Source: Chiloscyllium plagiosum
Taxonomy: Eukaryota
Length of the DNA: 61,610 nt
Reading direction: 5' to 3'
NCBI RefSeq assembly: GCF_004010195.1
Contig: NC_057720.1
Span: 35,663,194-35,724,803 of the forward strand
Shown piece by piece: positions 25,215-37,977 of this stretch; positions within the stretch are counted from its first letter, which is position 1, and the number at the start of each line of letters is the position of its first letter. The notes beneath the pieces are model-generated. The model worked only from the letters and a program-made list of their open reading frames with translations. It ran no database searches and had not been told where the DNA came from. The position numbers were made by a program, and so were the translations under genes.

Positions 25215-25930
25215 CAGGAGTCTGCTGTGGTTCAGCAGGTAGCATTCTTGCCTCTGAACCAGCAAGTTCTGGGTTCAAGTCTTATTCCCCCACTTATAAT
25301 GAAGGGAGTCCTCTACTGCTAAGATTTCTTCTTATTTGAAAGATGCTAACAGAGGACCCATCAGCTATCTCAGTTGCATATTAAAGATTCCATGCCACTA
25401 ATTTGAAGAAAAACAAGAGAATTAACCCTGGAATACTGGACAACATTTATATTTCAATCAGCATCAATAAAATTGATTATCTGGGCAGTGTGGTGGCTCA
25501 GTGGCTAGCACTGCTGCCTCACAGTGCCAGGGACCCAAGTTCAATTCCACCCTTCGGTGACTGTATGGAGTTTGCACATATTCCTCGTAGCTGTGTGGAT
25601 TTCCTCCTGCAGTCCAAAGGTGTGCAGCTTAGATGGATTGGCCATAGGAAAGCCGAGTTGCAGGGATGGAGTAGGGGGTGGGTCCGTGTGGAATGCTCTT
25701 TGGAAGATCGATGTGGACTCGATGGGCCAAATGGCCTGATTCCATACTGTAAGGATTCTGTAGTTGTTATCTCATTGCTGTTTTGGGAATGTGCTGTGAG
25801 CTAACCCTAGCAGTATCACGATCATTCCTACACTATAACAGTGATTGCACATCAAAACTACTTCATTGGTTTGCAAGCAATTTGGGACATCCTAATGTTC
25901 AAAGCACTATATAAGTACAAATCTTCTTTA
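25215..25930 (+). mobile_element. SacSINE1-like DeuSINE (related to AmnSINE1), interrupted by an HE1 SINE
   Basis: tRNA-like head tgtggttcagcaggtagcattcttgcctctgaa...gggttcaagtc; Deu-domain-like ttaaagattccatgccactaatttgaagaa...gattatctg, then ttatctcattgctgttttggga...cttcattggtttgcaagcaatttgggacatcct...gcactatataagtacaa. Confidence 0.75.
25483..25763 (+). mobile_element. HE1-type SINE
   Basis: ggcagtgtggtggctcagtggctagcactgctgcctcacagtgccagggacccaagttcaattcc...gatgggccaaatggcctgattccatactgtaaggattctg. Confidence 0.85.
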
Positions 25931-25969
25931 CAGCAAATGTTATTAAATAGCAACCTGTAGCAGGAATAC

Positions 25970-26655
25970 TATAGAGTCATAGAGTCCTCGAGATGTACAG
26001 CACCCTTCGGTCCAACTTGTCCATGCTGACACTGATATCCCAACCCAATCTAATCCCACCTGCCAGCATCTGGCCCACATCCCTCCAAACCCTTCCTCTT
26101 CATATACCCATCCAGGTGTCTTTTAAATGTTGCAATAGTACTAGTCTCCACCACTTCCTCTGGCAGCTCATTCCATACGCGTTCCACAGCTCATTCCACC
26201 CTCTGCATGAAAAGGTTGCCCCTTAGGCCTCTTATATCCTTCCCCTTTCACCCTAAATCTAATTCTGGACTCCCCCACCCCAGGGAAGAGACTTTATCTA
26301 TTTATCCTATCTATGCCCCTCATGATTTTATAAACCTCTATAAGGTCACCCCTCAGCCTCCGATACTCCAGGGAAAACAGCCCCAGCTATTCAACCTTTC
26401 CTTATAGCTCAAATCCTCCAATCCTGGCAACATCCTTGTAAATCTTTTCTGAACCCTTTCAAGTTTCACAACATCCTTCCGATAGGAAGGAGACCAGAAT
26501 TGCATGCAATATTCCAAAAGTATCCTAACAAATGTCCTGTACAGCCACAACATGACCTCCCAACACCTATACTCAATACTCTGACCAATAAAGGAAAGCA
26601 TACCAAACGCCTTCTTCACTATCCTATCTACCTGTGACTCCACTTTCAGGGAGCT
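25970..26655 (-). mobile_element. CR1/HER1 LINE 3' fragment
   Basis: ORF 26353-26661 KVESQVDRIVKKAFGMLSFIGQSIEY...LEYCMQFWSP...; same family as 10362-12310. Confidence 0.92.
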
Positions 26656-27093
26656 ATTCAATCCTTAAACCTAAGGATATGGATTCAATTGAGGAGTCTT
26701 TACATATGCCTCTACAAATAGCAACTAACTCAACACAAACTGCATATTAAATCTGAATATTGCAGATAATCATTGCATTAAAACACCAAGATGCATGTTT
26801 GCAGTATATTCAGATGAAAAACTCACAGATGCCAAAAATGAAAGTAATGTGTAAAATGAACAGTCACTCTCACATCATAAGTGGCCCATTATTGCTGTTA
26901 AAAATGCTAACTTTGCAGTCAGAAATGTAACCCCTCCAAACAGTGGAGTGATAGGAAAGAACAAGAAGCCACTTTTCACAACTGTTAAGAAAACAAAAAA
27001 TGGATCAAAGTCAAGCTAAATCCAGATCCTTTGGAAATTATCTGAATTACTGGCCAGCTTGGAGGCAACAAGATCAGCCCCTGTAGAAATCAG

Positions 27094-27280
27094 AGCTGAA
27101 AATGTGTTGCTGGAAAAGCGCAGCAGGTCAGGCAGCATCAAGGAGCAGGAGAATCGACGTTTCAGGCATGAGCCCTTCTTCAGGAATGCTGAAGAAGGGC
27201 TCATGCCCGAAACGTCGATTCTCCTGCTCCTTGGATGCTGCCTGACCTGCTGCGCTTTTCCAGCAACACATTTTCAGCCT
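27094..27280. mobile_element. Fully palindromic PLE-end insertion (family A)
   Basis: Arms 27095-27183 and 27189-27278 (89 and 90 bp, one substitution and one indel) around a 5-nt spacer; TSD tgtagaaatcag at 27082-27093 and 27281-27292. Confidence 0.92.
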
Positions 27281-27534
27281 TGTAGAAATCAGCTGAGAGC
27301 CTTGGGCAGCCCAGGACAGTATAGTGTGTAGGGCTTTGAAAGAAGCAAACAGTTGCCAATGCTGAAAATCAAGTTGGAACACCTTCCAACTCCAAAATGA
27401 GGAAGTAAAAAGATAAAATCTTTCTTACATTTCAGGTCACAGCCCCCTAAGGTCCACTTAGCTGCAGAGAACCAAAGAAAGAACCTATTGACAACATGAT
27501 AACTGTGCTGAATATCTATCAGCTTTTTACTGGC

Positions 27535-27815
27535 AATGGTGGTATATTAGTAATATTACTGATCTTGTAAATTAGAGGCTTGGACAACTAATCCAGAGGC
27601 ATGAGCTCAATTCCACCATGACAGCTGGAAGACCACTTTTAGTTAATTAATATATCTGGAATAAAAGCTAGATTGAGTACGAAAATATCAGATTGTTGTA
27701 AAATATCTCTGGCTATCCTTCAGGGAAGGCAATCTGCTGTCCTTACCTGCTCTGGTGCAATAATGTTGACTCTTAACTGTCCTCTTAAATGACCTAGCAA
27801 ACCATTCCATTGTAG
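27535..27815 (+). mobile_element. Decayed tRNA-derived shark SINE
   Basis: taatccagaggcatgagctcaattccaccatgacagctgg...ccttcagggaaggcaatctgctgtccttacctg...gttgactcttaactgtcctc. Confidence 0.6.
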
Positions 27816-27837
27816 TAAACCACTGCAGGAAAGTCAA

Positions 27838-27940
27838 ATAAAAATAAAACCAGAAACTGCTGGAGAAACTCAGCATCCATGGAGAGAGAAACAGACTTAA
27901 CCTTCCCAGTCTGATATGGCTTCTTCAGACTGAAGGGAGC
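27838..27940 (-). mobile_element. Decayed PLE 3' end
   Basis: aaaaccagaaactgctggagaaactcagca...gagagagaaacagacttaac...ggcttcttcaga, similar to the family B/E ends. Confidence 0.55.
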
Positions 27941-28139
27941 GAGAAAATGATTATTTTAATGCTGTTGTGAAAGAAGCAGGAAGAACGAGTGGAAACAATG
28001 GTGAGCGTGTCCAGAGCAAAAGACAAGGAGGGTGCTAACAGTTGAAGATGAGTGAGGTAATTGCAAATAGGAGTGAATTGTAGGAGTGAATAGTAGAACA
28101 TAGGAGAGCTTTGCTGAGAGTTAACAAGTCAAAGATTAG

Positions 28140-28650
28140 CCCTTGCCACTAAGTAGTCACATCCGGATTTATCTTAGAGACTGAAATGGAGATTGTGTAA
28201 TGGACTGATGCAAAGTGAAGCCATCATGACAGATGCCAGGAAGTAGGCATTGGCTTGCTTGATGTGCTGCATATGGTTACCCATCAGCTGGACATTGAAG
28301 GAGTGAAATTCTTTCAGTTAAAGTACATTTCAATGTATGTGGAGACAATAATATCTTGCACCATTGGAAAGCATGTGATCCTTGTGAAGCTTCATATTTA
28401 CTCTGCCTACTCCTCTCAGGCCAGAGTAAAAGAAATATAGTTAGCTTACTTGAAAACCAAACCAGAAGTGACTTCCCTGGATGGCAAACTTCAAGATGTT
28501 GTAATGTCATCTGTTCAGTTTGGAGGGTACCAGGCACACAGGTCATGAATGTATTCACCTCGACAGCACTAGTCTTGCTCTGCCTTGTGGCTGCATCAGG
28601 GGAAAGGATGTCCTCAATGAAATCTTAGTGAAGCAGAGATATCTGACACC
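28140..28650 (-). mobile_element. PIF/Harbinger transposase remnant
   Basis: Minus strand, with frameshifts: FN*K..FHSFNVQLMGNHMQHIKQANAYF-PGICHDGFTLHQS; upstream CFTK...MQPQGRAR. Confidence 0.75.
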
Positions 28651-29599
28651 CTGGACAGAATTTTCATGAAAGTTGTGGCCCTGTTCACTTGTTGAAAAGT
28701 CAGGGTGAACATCCTGCGGTTTCCCCCCCCCGACAACAGAGCCAGGAAGGCATACCTTCATTTTAACAAACTGCCTGTGGTGACTGCTTCAGGAGGTTGT
28801 TTCACCTTCTTGAGCTGTCGGTCAATCAGATAGCTGACTTATTTCTGGTAGCACCATCAAGAGCAATAGCCATCATTTGGGATGGCAGTTAGTCCTAAAG
28901 CAGCAGTGTGCTTGGAGACTGGAAATCAGGTGTGCCAAGAGGGAGTAGGAAGCTATTTAGGGAGGGGAAACAAGGAAAGATGGCAATTACCATTTAAGAA
29001 GTGGATTCTGTTTAATACAGGGTACCAAATAGGAGCTTCCAAAACTAATCCCCCCCCCCGCCCCCCAACCATCAACCTGCCACATTCAGACTTCCCAGAT
29101 TTACCTGGCTACCTTACGATGTATTCTGGGCACTTTCGGTACCATGGCCACAAGCCGTTATGTGGTCATTTAACTGGTCACTTACAGACTATAATTGGCT
29201 CAAAACAGGCTGCCCAACATCTCCCCCATCAATGATAATGGGCAGTACCCCACCATGCCACCCAATTGAATATCAATCTCCACATCCTGTCCCCCCCTCC
29301 GCCCACCCACTCCCCTCAGCCCTCCTTCAGCAACTTGTCCTACTCTTTATCATCTCTTTATTCTCCCTGTGATTCACTCATCCAAGTGAAATGGAAACTA
29401 AAGTACCCATAACTGGAAGCAGGAGTTTTGGACTGAATAAAGTTCTTTAGCACATGTCACTACACACCCTGTAGACTTTAGCAGCTTTAAGCAACTCTGT
29501 CACAATCTTCCTATTCAAAAGTCACATACGAGGGATAGAAACTATGTTCATTGATACAAAGCACTAATTAGATTATACCAGGAGCAGTTCTGAGCAGTT

Positions 29600-30115
29600 C
29601 CTGTGAGCTGTTCTGCACACCAGACCTTATGAAAGATATATTAGTCTTGAATAGAGTGCAGCATAGATTTACCAAAATAGTATCTCAACCCCAAGGTTAT
29701 TTTACAAGGAGAGATTACACCAGCAATGTTGTGTGCCCTCACATTTAGAGGCTAAGGGTGTTCAAACAAAGTTTGAAAATATTTAAGAGAACAAACAGAG
29801 TAGACAAGGAGGAACTATTTCTGCTGGTTGAAGAGTCTGGGATTCAGCATATTGTCCAACTAAGCCAGATCTCTCAGAAGTGAAACAGGAAGTGCCCAAA
29901 GGATGGTGGATATTTGAAATGGTCTTCAGCAAATTGCAGTTGATCATAGATCAATTGTTAATTTTAACAATCAGATTCATGGATTTGTGTTAATCAAGGG
30001 TATTAAGGCAATTGGGGCAAATGAAGGTTTATGAAATTCTGTCACAGGTCAGTCATGAATTCATTGTGTTGTAGAACAGGGGGCTTCAGAGGCTAAATGG
30101 CCTACTCATATCCCA
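29600..30115 (+). mobile_element. Old CR1 LINE 3' fragment
   Basis: Decayed VLNRVQHRFTK...RLRV and CR1 tail gaggctaaatggcctactcatatccc. Confidence 0.65.
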
Positions 30116-33100
30116 GTGATCTTCTGCATGCATCTCTTAATGTTCCCCACATGTTCTCATCCAAATGTTGATCGATGTAGCTCATACTAGACTGTGCTCA
30201 ACAGATGCCATTTTGGATGTGAAATGCCAATTCTAGCATGGAGAAATTAGAGCTAAGATTCATATTTCACAGTTACTGAATTTACTTTGTTCCTTCAAGG
30301 CCACTATGCAGTTACTACTTGTAGGGAAATGGTGTAAATATTTTGAGGTCAGTAATGACGATAGACCTCAAAAATTTTATACAAAATCCAGAAGCATAAC
30401 ATGTTGTGATAATGCTATTCTATAATCAAAAATAATAATCACATGAACAGCATTCGATAGTGGATGAGCATTAACAAAGTCACTAGTTTAATAGTCAAGT
30501 GAAATGCTTTGTTTATTTTCCATTTCTTGTTTTAAGATGTGAGGCACCTCGATCTCATTCAAAATCTCTTTTCTGTTACTTAGCACTGCTTATAACTTGG
30601 AACAATCTGACTAACTAGTACTGAATGCAAAGAATTCAGAGCATAGTTCAGAAATCCCAATAATGCCAGACTTTCTTTTTAATATTGGGTGCATCTGAGA
30701 CAAATTAGGATGAGAGGTAGAGCCCGGATATTCAAGTGTAGGCCTCTAGTGTCAACAGGATGCGTCTTGTAAACAGGCCACAGATGGAATAAATTTAGAA
30801 GCAGGGCTCTGTGGGGTTCCAGGACAGAAATTTTGGCCAAAGCTGAATAAACAAACATGACTCTTTCCCTTTTCTTAATCTGTGGCTGAAAATGTTATTC
30901 TAACCACAGACCTCATCCTTGGATGACTGGCTTTGCTTACAACTGTGTTTGTTAAGAAAGCCACTATAATTAGAGATTTAAAGATGTTTTTGGTGCATCT
31001 TCCCACGAGAATTTTGTAATACTGAATACTCCTTTATACATTGTGCAACCACTGAATAACTTTAGTACTTTTTGCGTGAAAGGCACGGTAATAAAATTCA
31101 CTTGGTGCTAGGATAGAGCACCTGACCAAGATATGTGATGCATGAGAGCCAAAATATATTATGAGGTACTTTACATTGGACGTTCTAAAACCTATAATTT
31201 TAATGTGCAATTGCCTTAGAAAAAAATCCCATTCACCCAGATTAAACCTTTAACTAGTAAATTATGTGCATTGACGATCACTGTCAATTTATAGAAATTC
31301 CATATAATTTTTTCAGAAAAGGAGACCTCCCCATTTTGGTCTTAACTCTAATGCTATTTTGACCAGAAAGGAAATCAGATCACAGAGTAAATGGAGTGCT
31401 CACTGCATTAAGGTCATCCGGTATTCTTTTCCTAACAAGAGAACCATTTTCTTTCGACGGATTTTCAGTAAAAACATTATGGGAAAAGGACAGGGAATGG
31501 GAATATCAGAATAGCTTTCAAAGAGAAGTAATATATGTGATGTGCCAAATGAACTCCTTTTATATTACTTTATTTTATTTAGTGAGAGTATTTGGTTTGC
31601 TGATTACTGAGTATATGACTACACACCCGGCACTCTTGTTGAGTAATAACTGGATGTTTGAATCTGAATCTACACGAGTAAACCTGTTTCTGCCAAATTT
31701 CCTCAAGTTCTAGCAGCTGAGTGGGAAATGACCCAGGGATTTCTAGCCAAATGATCTTCAGTTAAATCTGGCAAACAGAATGAAAACTGTACAGCAAAAT
31801 TGATTTCAGTAAGCTTTGAATTCTGAAATGAAATCTTAGGATAGCATCAGTAATTTCTGTGGTAATTCACTCCTTTGCAGTGTTTGAGTGTTTGGTCTTA
31901 GTCACTCAGAATGTCACTTAGCAGCAATTTGATAATGTATCCTCTATAACACTGGCTACTTTTAAGTTGGCAGTTTTAATGTTGATAGTTATATTATAGA
32001 GATTGATAAAGAAGCATAGCTGTTGTTTCTGTAGTTTACTGTGTTCCCTCTTAGAAATTAAACAAAAATCTCAGTTTTGAGTACCTACAGAGGTTGCTCA
32101 GCAATATTACAGCAGTCCCAGCAGATAGGAACCTTATCTTTAAACTTCCTGATGCATATTAAAATAACATATTTTTCAACATTTGGTATTTAGGCAACTC
32201 TGTTACAGAAATGAGAACTTAAGAAGTATAAGGGAAGTGTTGAATGGCTTTTTTTTAAATAAAGGTACACCTTTGTATCTTTATCAATTTCACTACAAAT
32301 GTACAAGTGGATGAACAGTTTTTTAATTATATCCTGGTCACCATTCTCAATATGGCAATATTTTCAATTCAACTAATCTAACCAGCCTTTAAAACATAGT
32401 GATCTTCATCCTCGTTATACTCAAACAAAATAAGATGGTGGAAATGAAACACATTTAACATTTTCTCCATTCTATTTCAGCTTCAAAACATCTCAGGTAC
32501 AACAAAGCCAGATGCAAAGCATAACTTGGGTACCCTGTTCCAATAATAACAACACAATGCGCCATAGCCCAGGAACAGAAAAACAAATTCCAGTGTATCT
32601 TTTCTGTTTCGAACACCAATTATTTTAATGGCTTGACTTGCCAATACAACCATCAGATTGGCTCAGTTATTTCACTGTTACCCCTGAGTTTGAATGTTGT
32701 GGATTCAAAATCCTGCTTCTGAGCTCAAAACTTAATTTAAACAGGCATTCTGGTAGAATACTAGGAGTGAGCTGTACAGTGGGAGGTTAAAAACGTATGG
32801 GAACACATTCTATGCAAAATGGCTACCCTGTTGTTCTGTGTTACAGTCAACATTCTCTAAGGTAACATGAGATGGCTGTTTTTGAGAGATCTGACAAGCA
32901 AATATGTAAATCTTTAAGTTTTCTTTCATTTACCATGAAGTGTGAAACTAGTAAAATGCCAAATAGTTTGTTCGCCTCATTTTCCTTGTGTGCAGCTTGC
33001 TCTGCATTAGGATTACTCATCTCACTAACTCTCCTGGGGAGGCACCAAATCAAAAGATAAAACTGTAATTTCTTTGCAACCCAAAGGATCATTAAGCAAA

Positions 33101-36100
33101 CAACAGGACATTAAACCAACTTTGCAACTATTCAGTTCTAACCAGATGGTTATATTGCATTGGATGTGGTGTTAGGCCTTTTTTTAACCTATTCTCCTAA
33201 TACATCCCAGGTCCATTCTTTAATATATTTTTTCAGCTCTTAGACAATCAGTCATTAATATAGAAGTACACTCTCCAGCGGAGCAAAAGAATTTATTCCT
33301 GAACATAACCAACAAATTTTGAGATGTGTTATACTGTAGGCCCAAATCTGGCTGGGACATTAATGACTATCCACTCTTCTTCAACATAAGACACTTACAT
33401 CTGAGAGAGGGGACGCTTTCCATCAGTCTAAGTTGGATTCGATGGTCCATTGTATTCCAAATGGTCCTAATTCACTGTGCCTCTCAGTCCTTTGACTTTA
33501 TATCACACATTAAGTTATTAAAGCACTTTTTAAATTGTCTCATTCCTATAATGATAAAATTATGCTTTTTCAATAAATCAGCATTGCACTACACTGTGTT
33601 TTACTTTTGCACCCATAGTACATTTAACCTTGGTAAATGTTTGAAAATGTATGTTAACAATAGTGCACAATTTTAACAGGAGAGTACTGAAGGTCATAAT
33701 GTGAATATTCAAGTACGGAACAGTGAAATTAAAATAAATTGTACGATCTGGTTTGCTTGGCATTGCTTATTAAAAGCATTTGTTAGTGCAAGGTATCAAT
33801 GATAAGTACACAGTTAAATGCTACAAGACCTTTCTTTATAAATCTAGAAGTTTGTCTGGTTTTATAAGTAACTTAATTGTTTGTGTACTTTCATCTCTTT
33901 ATATAAAATCTTGTGGTGTTTGGCTGAGATTTTTGTTATCAAATATCAGGCTTCTAAGTCATGCTACACATGGCCTTAAATTGCTTAGTGTTGCCATTGC
34001 AAGTTAAAACAGAAATAAGATTCCCATTTCCCAATCATAAGCATCCACCAGTAAAATTACCACACACTTGCCCCCCCCCAGAATGGTTGTGCAACGGATG
34101 GCATTTTGGAGTTCCAATGTATAGTGCTTTGGAATGTTATACCATAAATCCCATGTATGTATTCTTTCCAATGGGCTACAAAGTGCATTCCCACAGAAAA
34201 TCCCTTAATCTGCTTTCCTACTGTCTTATTGCAGAATGCTATTGTACAAAAGCAGTTCAAATAATTGTTCACTTAGCTGGGGGCAATAGTATAGATAAAG
34301 TAAACAGCTTAAAAATGTTAATGTGTTGCAGATGCACTCTGGCAGAATCATAGACAGAAAATATTTTCTAAGCCCCAACGTGTTTTTTTTTGGTGAAATC
34401 TCTTAACAGTAAATTATTGGAAAGTGAAATAAATAAGTCTACCAACAATGGTCACACCTACTGTGAAGTGTTACATAATGATCTGTGGTGGTCTGTGGGA
34501 AGTTTAGACTTACAACAGTCATAACTAAAGGAGGACAGTGGTTTCCGTGACTTTAACGGCTGAAGTTCAGAGGAAGTGGTGGTAGGTTTTTTGAAGTATT
34601 TGGAAGATCTGTTGCATAACAAGCTTCTGTCTAAATTTTTACAATCCAACCGTAAAGCTATACTTTAATGATGGTTGAAAGTTGTTTTACAGATGTCTGT
34701 TGGTCAGAATCCTATCTACAGCAATAGAGTTTCCATCTCGCCTTGTATTGTTTCTCTCCAGCCATTGTAACCTTAATTTGATTGACAGCAGACCTATCAT
34801 TTGAACTTTTGAAAAATATGTTCAGAAACTTAAACCCTATCACTATTAGTTTCACCTTATTTTTACTTTGGACAAAACAATGTTGATCAGTGAGTGAGTG
34901 CCTATCACTTTATAATAAAACTCCAATGTAAATGTGAGCCAAACTTAAAAGAAAATTTCAATGATTTTCAACAGGTCATAACAATATGACTATTTATACT
35001 TTGTCAGATGCTTGCCTGCAAAGTTCTGAATCACTTACATGTTTCTGTACACACAAGTAATACTGTTTCTTTACAATAATTTACAGATGCAAGGTATGTT
35101 TTGATCTTTCTGTGTCTCCATACTGTCTGTACCTTCCTAATTTTAATAACGGATGTGACAATTGCAACAACACTTTACTAATGTAAAGATTACACAGATG
35201 ACCTATCAAAAATATTGACTGCAAAATCTGTACCAATGTTGAAACAATGGCACGCTTCATTCATCTCATTGACAGCTGTGAACAAAGGTTTAGCAGGGTT
35301 TTGAACAGAAACTCACTTTAATTTGATGCCAAATCCATCACGCTGCACTCTATAGGTGAGGATATGAGGAAAGTGAAGCTCTACAAGCAATCCGATTGAA
35401 CCAATTTCCAGTGAGGCACATCGGGTGGAATCTTCACAGGCCTTGAATGATGTGGGGAATGGCGAGAAATGTGGGAAAATCGCATGAGAATTCAAGTGAC
35501 GTCTTTCTCAATGCTAGGAACAATATGTCGCATTTCCCAGCGCAGTTCCAGATGTCGAGACAAGATTCTCACTAGTGAGTGACAGAAAGCCTAATAACAG
35601 GAATGATCACTCATCATCACTTAATCTCACTTTCTTAGTATGCACTGTTTTATTTTACCACCTGACAGATAGAAACTAAACACTGAGATTTTCTGGCATG
35701 GAAGTCAGAGCAAGTACCTGGCAACTCCATCTTGCTGCCTGCTCTACAGGACCTTCACCTTGGACACCTGGCACCAATATCCCAGCGCAGATTTCACAGG
35801 AAATGGCTGTTAGAATCTTACCCCTCTGCACCATCATGCTATATCTCCGATCGACTTGTCACTTCTGCATTGCCATACTATACTTTGGAATGCATCGGCA
35901 ACCAGCATTGAAAAGCTGTTGTACATGCTGCATTCACCCAGCTCGTGGATTGAACCAGGCTGCATCTCCACGCTGTTATCTTGCTCTGTTAGCACTTACT
36001 CAGTTATCCTCTAATCTGGATGCTCAGAATATCCCTGCCTTTCTTCCCATTCCAGTGTTTTGCCTCCTCAGCCAGACTTTAAAGGCTCACAGTACTTCAG

Positions 36101-36647
36101 TCTTGCCTTGTAGTTTAGTGTAGGAATTAAGCCAGACTGTGTGTCATGCTTGTCAACAGTCAATCACTCAATAGAGTGGACAGTTGCTGAACAGCCTAAT
36201 GTTATGTCAGTCTCACACCTACAGAATGTACTGGCAGTGTACAAAGTAAAAACATTGCAACAACCAAATTGAAATGTCTCAAAATCAAATGGGAATAGTC
36301 CACTACCAATTAAAGGGTGGAGGGGTTGGTGGGTGGACTGTTGGCTGTGTGTTGGGGGTGTGTGTGGGCAGTGCAGTCAGTCCAGGACAGTGTCCACCAT
36401 CAGTGAAGGGATATGGGCGTGTGGTAAAGTCTGGGTCACTGTCATCCAGGGAGTGGGCACATCAATGTGCTGGGCTACACTGGTCATTGGGGAAAGAATA
36501 GCAGTTACTTAGAGAGGGGTTTAAATTGGAACGGGCTAAGAACAGGTAAGCTGTGTAGCCTTGTACTTAAATGGCAATTGGGGTAGGAATGTGCTGTAGT
36601 ATGTGCAAGAAAGTGTCAACCATCTCTAGGCCATAAGAAATATTGGT

Positions 36648-37610
36648 TTATAGAGTCATAGAGATGTACAGCATGGAAACAGACCCTTCGGTCCAACCTG
36701 TCCATGCCGACCAGATATCCCAACCCAATCTAGTCTCACTCGCCAGCACCTGGCCCATATCCCTCCAAACCCTTCCTATTCATATACTCATCCAAATGCC
36801 TCTTAAATATTGCAATTGTACCAGCCTCCACCACTTCCTTAGCAGCTCATTCCATACAAGTACCACCTTCTGTGTGAAAAAGTTGCCCCTGAGGTCTCTT
36901 TTATATCTTTCCCCTCTCACCCTAAACCTGGGACTCCCCCATCCCAGAGAAAAGACTTTGTCTATTTATCTTATCCATGCCCCTCATAATTTTGTAAACA
37001 TCTGTAAGGTCACTCCTCAGCCTCTGACACTCCAGGGAAAACAACTCCAGCCTGTTCAGCCTCTCCCTCGAACTCAAATCCTCCAACCCTGGCAACATCC
37101 TTGTAAATCTTTTCTGAACCCTTTCAAGTTTCACAACATCTTTCCAATAGGAAGGAGACCAGAACTGCATGCAATATTCCAACAGTGGCCTAATCAATGT
37201 CCTGTACAGCCACAACATGACCTCCCAACTCCTCTACTCAATATTCTGACCAATAAAAGAAAGCATACCAAACGCCGCCTTCACTATCCTACCGATCTGC
37301 GACTCCACTTTCAAGGAGCTATGAACCTGCACTCCAAAGTCTCTATGTTCAGCAACCCTCTCTCTAGGACTTTACCATTAAGTGTATAAGTCCTGCTAAG
37401 ATTTGTTTTCCAAAAATGCAGCACCTTGCATTTATCTGAATTAAACTCCATCTGCCACTTCTCAGCCCATTGGCCCATCTGATCAAGATCCTATTGTAAT
37501 CTGAGGTAACCTTCTTCACTGTCCACTACACCTCCAATTTTGGTGTCATCTGCAAACTTACTAACTGTACTTCTTATGCTCACATCCAAATCATTTATAT
37601 AAATGACAAT
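36648..37610 (-). mobile_element. CR1/HER1 LINE 3' fragment
   Basis: Minus strand SKFADDTKIGG...RPLLEYCMQFWSP...; closely similar to 10362-11300. Confidence 0.93.
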
Positions 37611-37770
37611 GGCACTGCATTGATGGTGAAGGGCAACTCCAAACTGCCTATAGTTGATGAGGTGCATGGCTAGAGTTCCAAGATGTCATTGGCCCAGGGA
37701 CACATGTATATCCCAGGATATGCTAGCAGTGCATGTACATTTTCTGACCAAGATGAATGGGAGAAGTGGG

Positions 37771-37977
37771 ATAAATTAAGGACTGCAGATGCTGGAGGTC
37801 AGAGTAGTGAGTGTGGTCCTGGAAAGCACAGCAGGTCAAACAGCATCTGAGGAGCAGGAGAATCGACGGTTCAGGCATAAGCCCTTCATCAGGAATAAGC
37901 CCTTTTATTGAAACGCTGATTCTCCTGCTCCTTGGATGCTGCCTGATCTGCTGTGCTTTTCCAGCACCACACTCTCA
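37771..37977. mobile_element. Older fold-back PLE-end insertion (family A)
   Basis: gagtgtggtcctggaaagcacagcagg...gcccttcatcagg followed by the inverted gaaacgctgattctcctgctcc...ccagcaccacactc; TSD aatgggagaagtggg (37756-37770) / aatgggagaattggg (37978-37992). Confidence 0.85.

Noticed and set aside
25483..25555. tRNA gene (A and B boxes)
   Set aside because: It is a SINE head that continues into the HE1 body; no full cloverleaf is evident. The same applies to the other HE1 copies.
27059..27382. Overlapping ORFs on both strands with the same peptide ([14 protein letters not shown])
   Set aside because: A by-product of the DNA palindrome, with no evidence of coding function.
28650..29280. 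Non-autonomous DNA transposon next to the Harbinger remnant (also suspected near 26870-27500 and 50890-51255)
   Set aside because: The composition suggests old repeats, but I could not define TIRs or TSDs.
34508..34635. Possible minus-strand exon ending at a GTAAGT donor
   Set aside because: Weak acceptor, no recognisable peptide and no partner exons found.
36643..37389. 248-aa ORF (and the similar 268-aa ORF at 19586-20392)
   Set aside because: Both are antisense frames of CR1 RT sequence.
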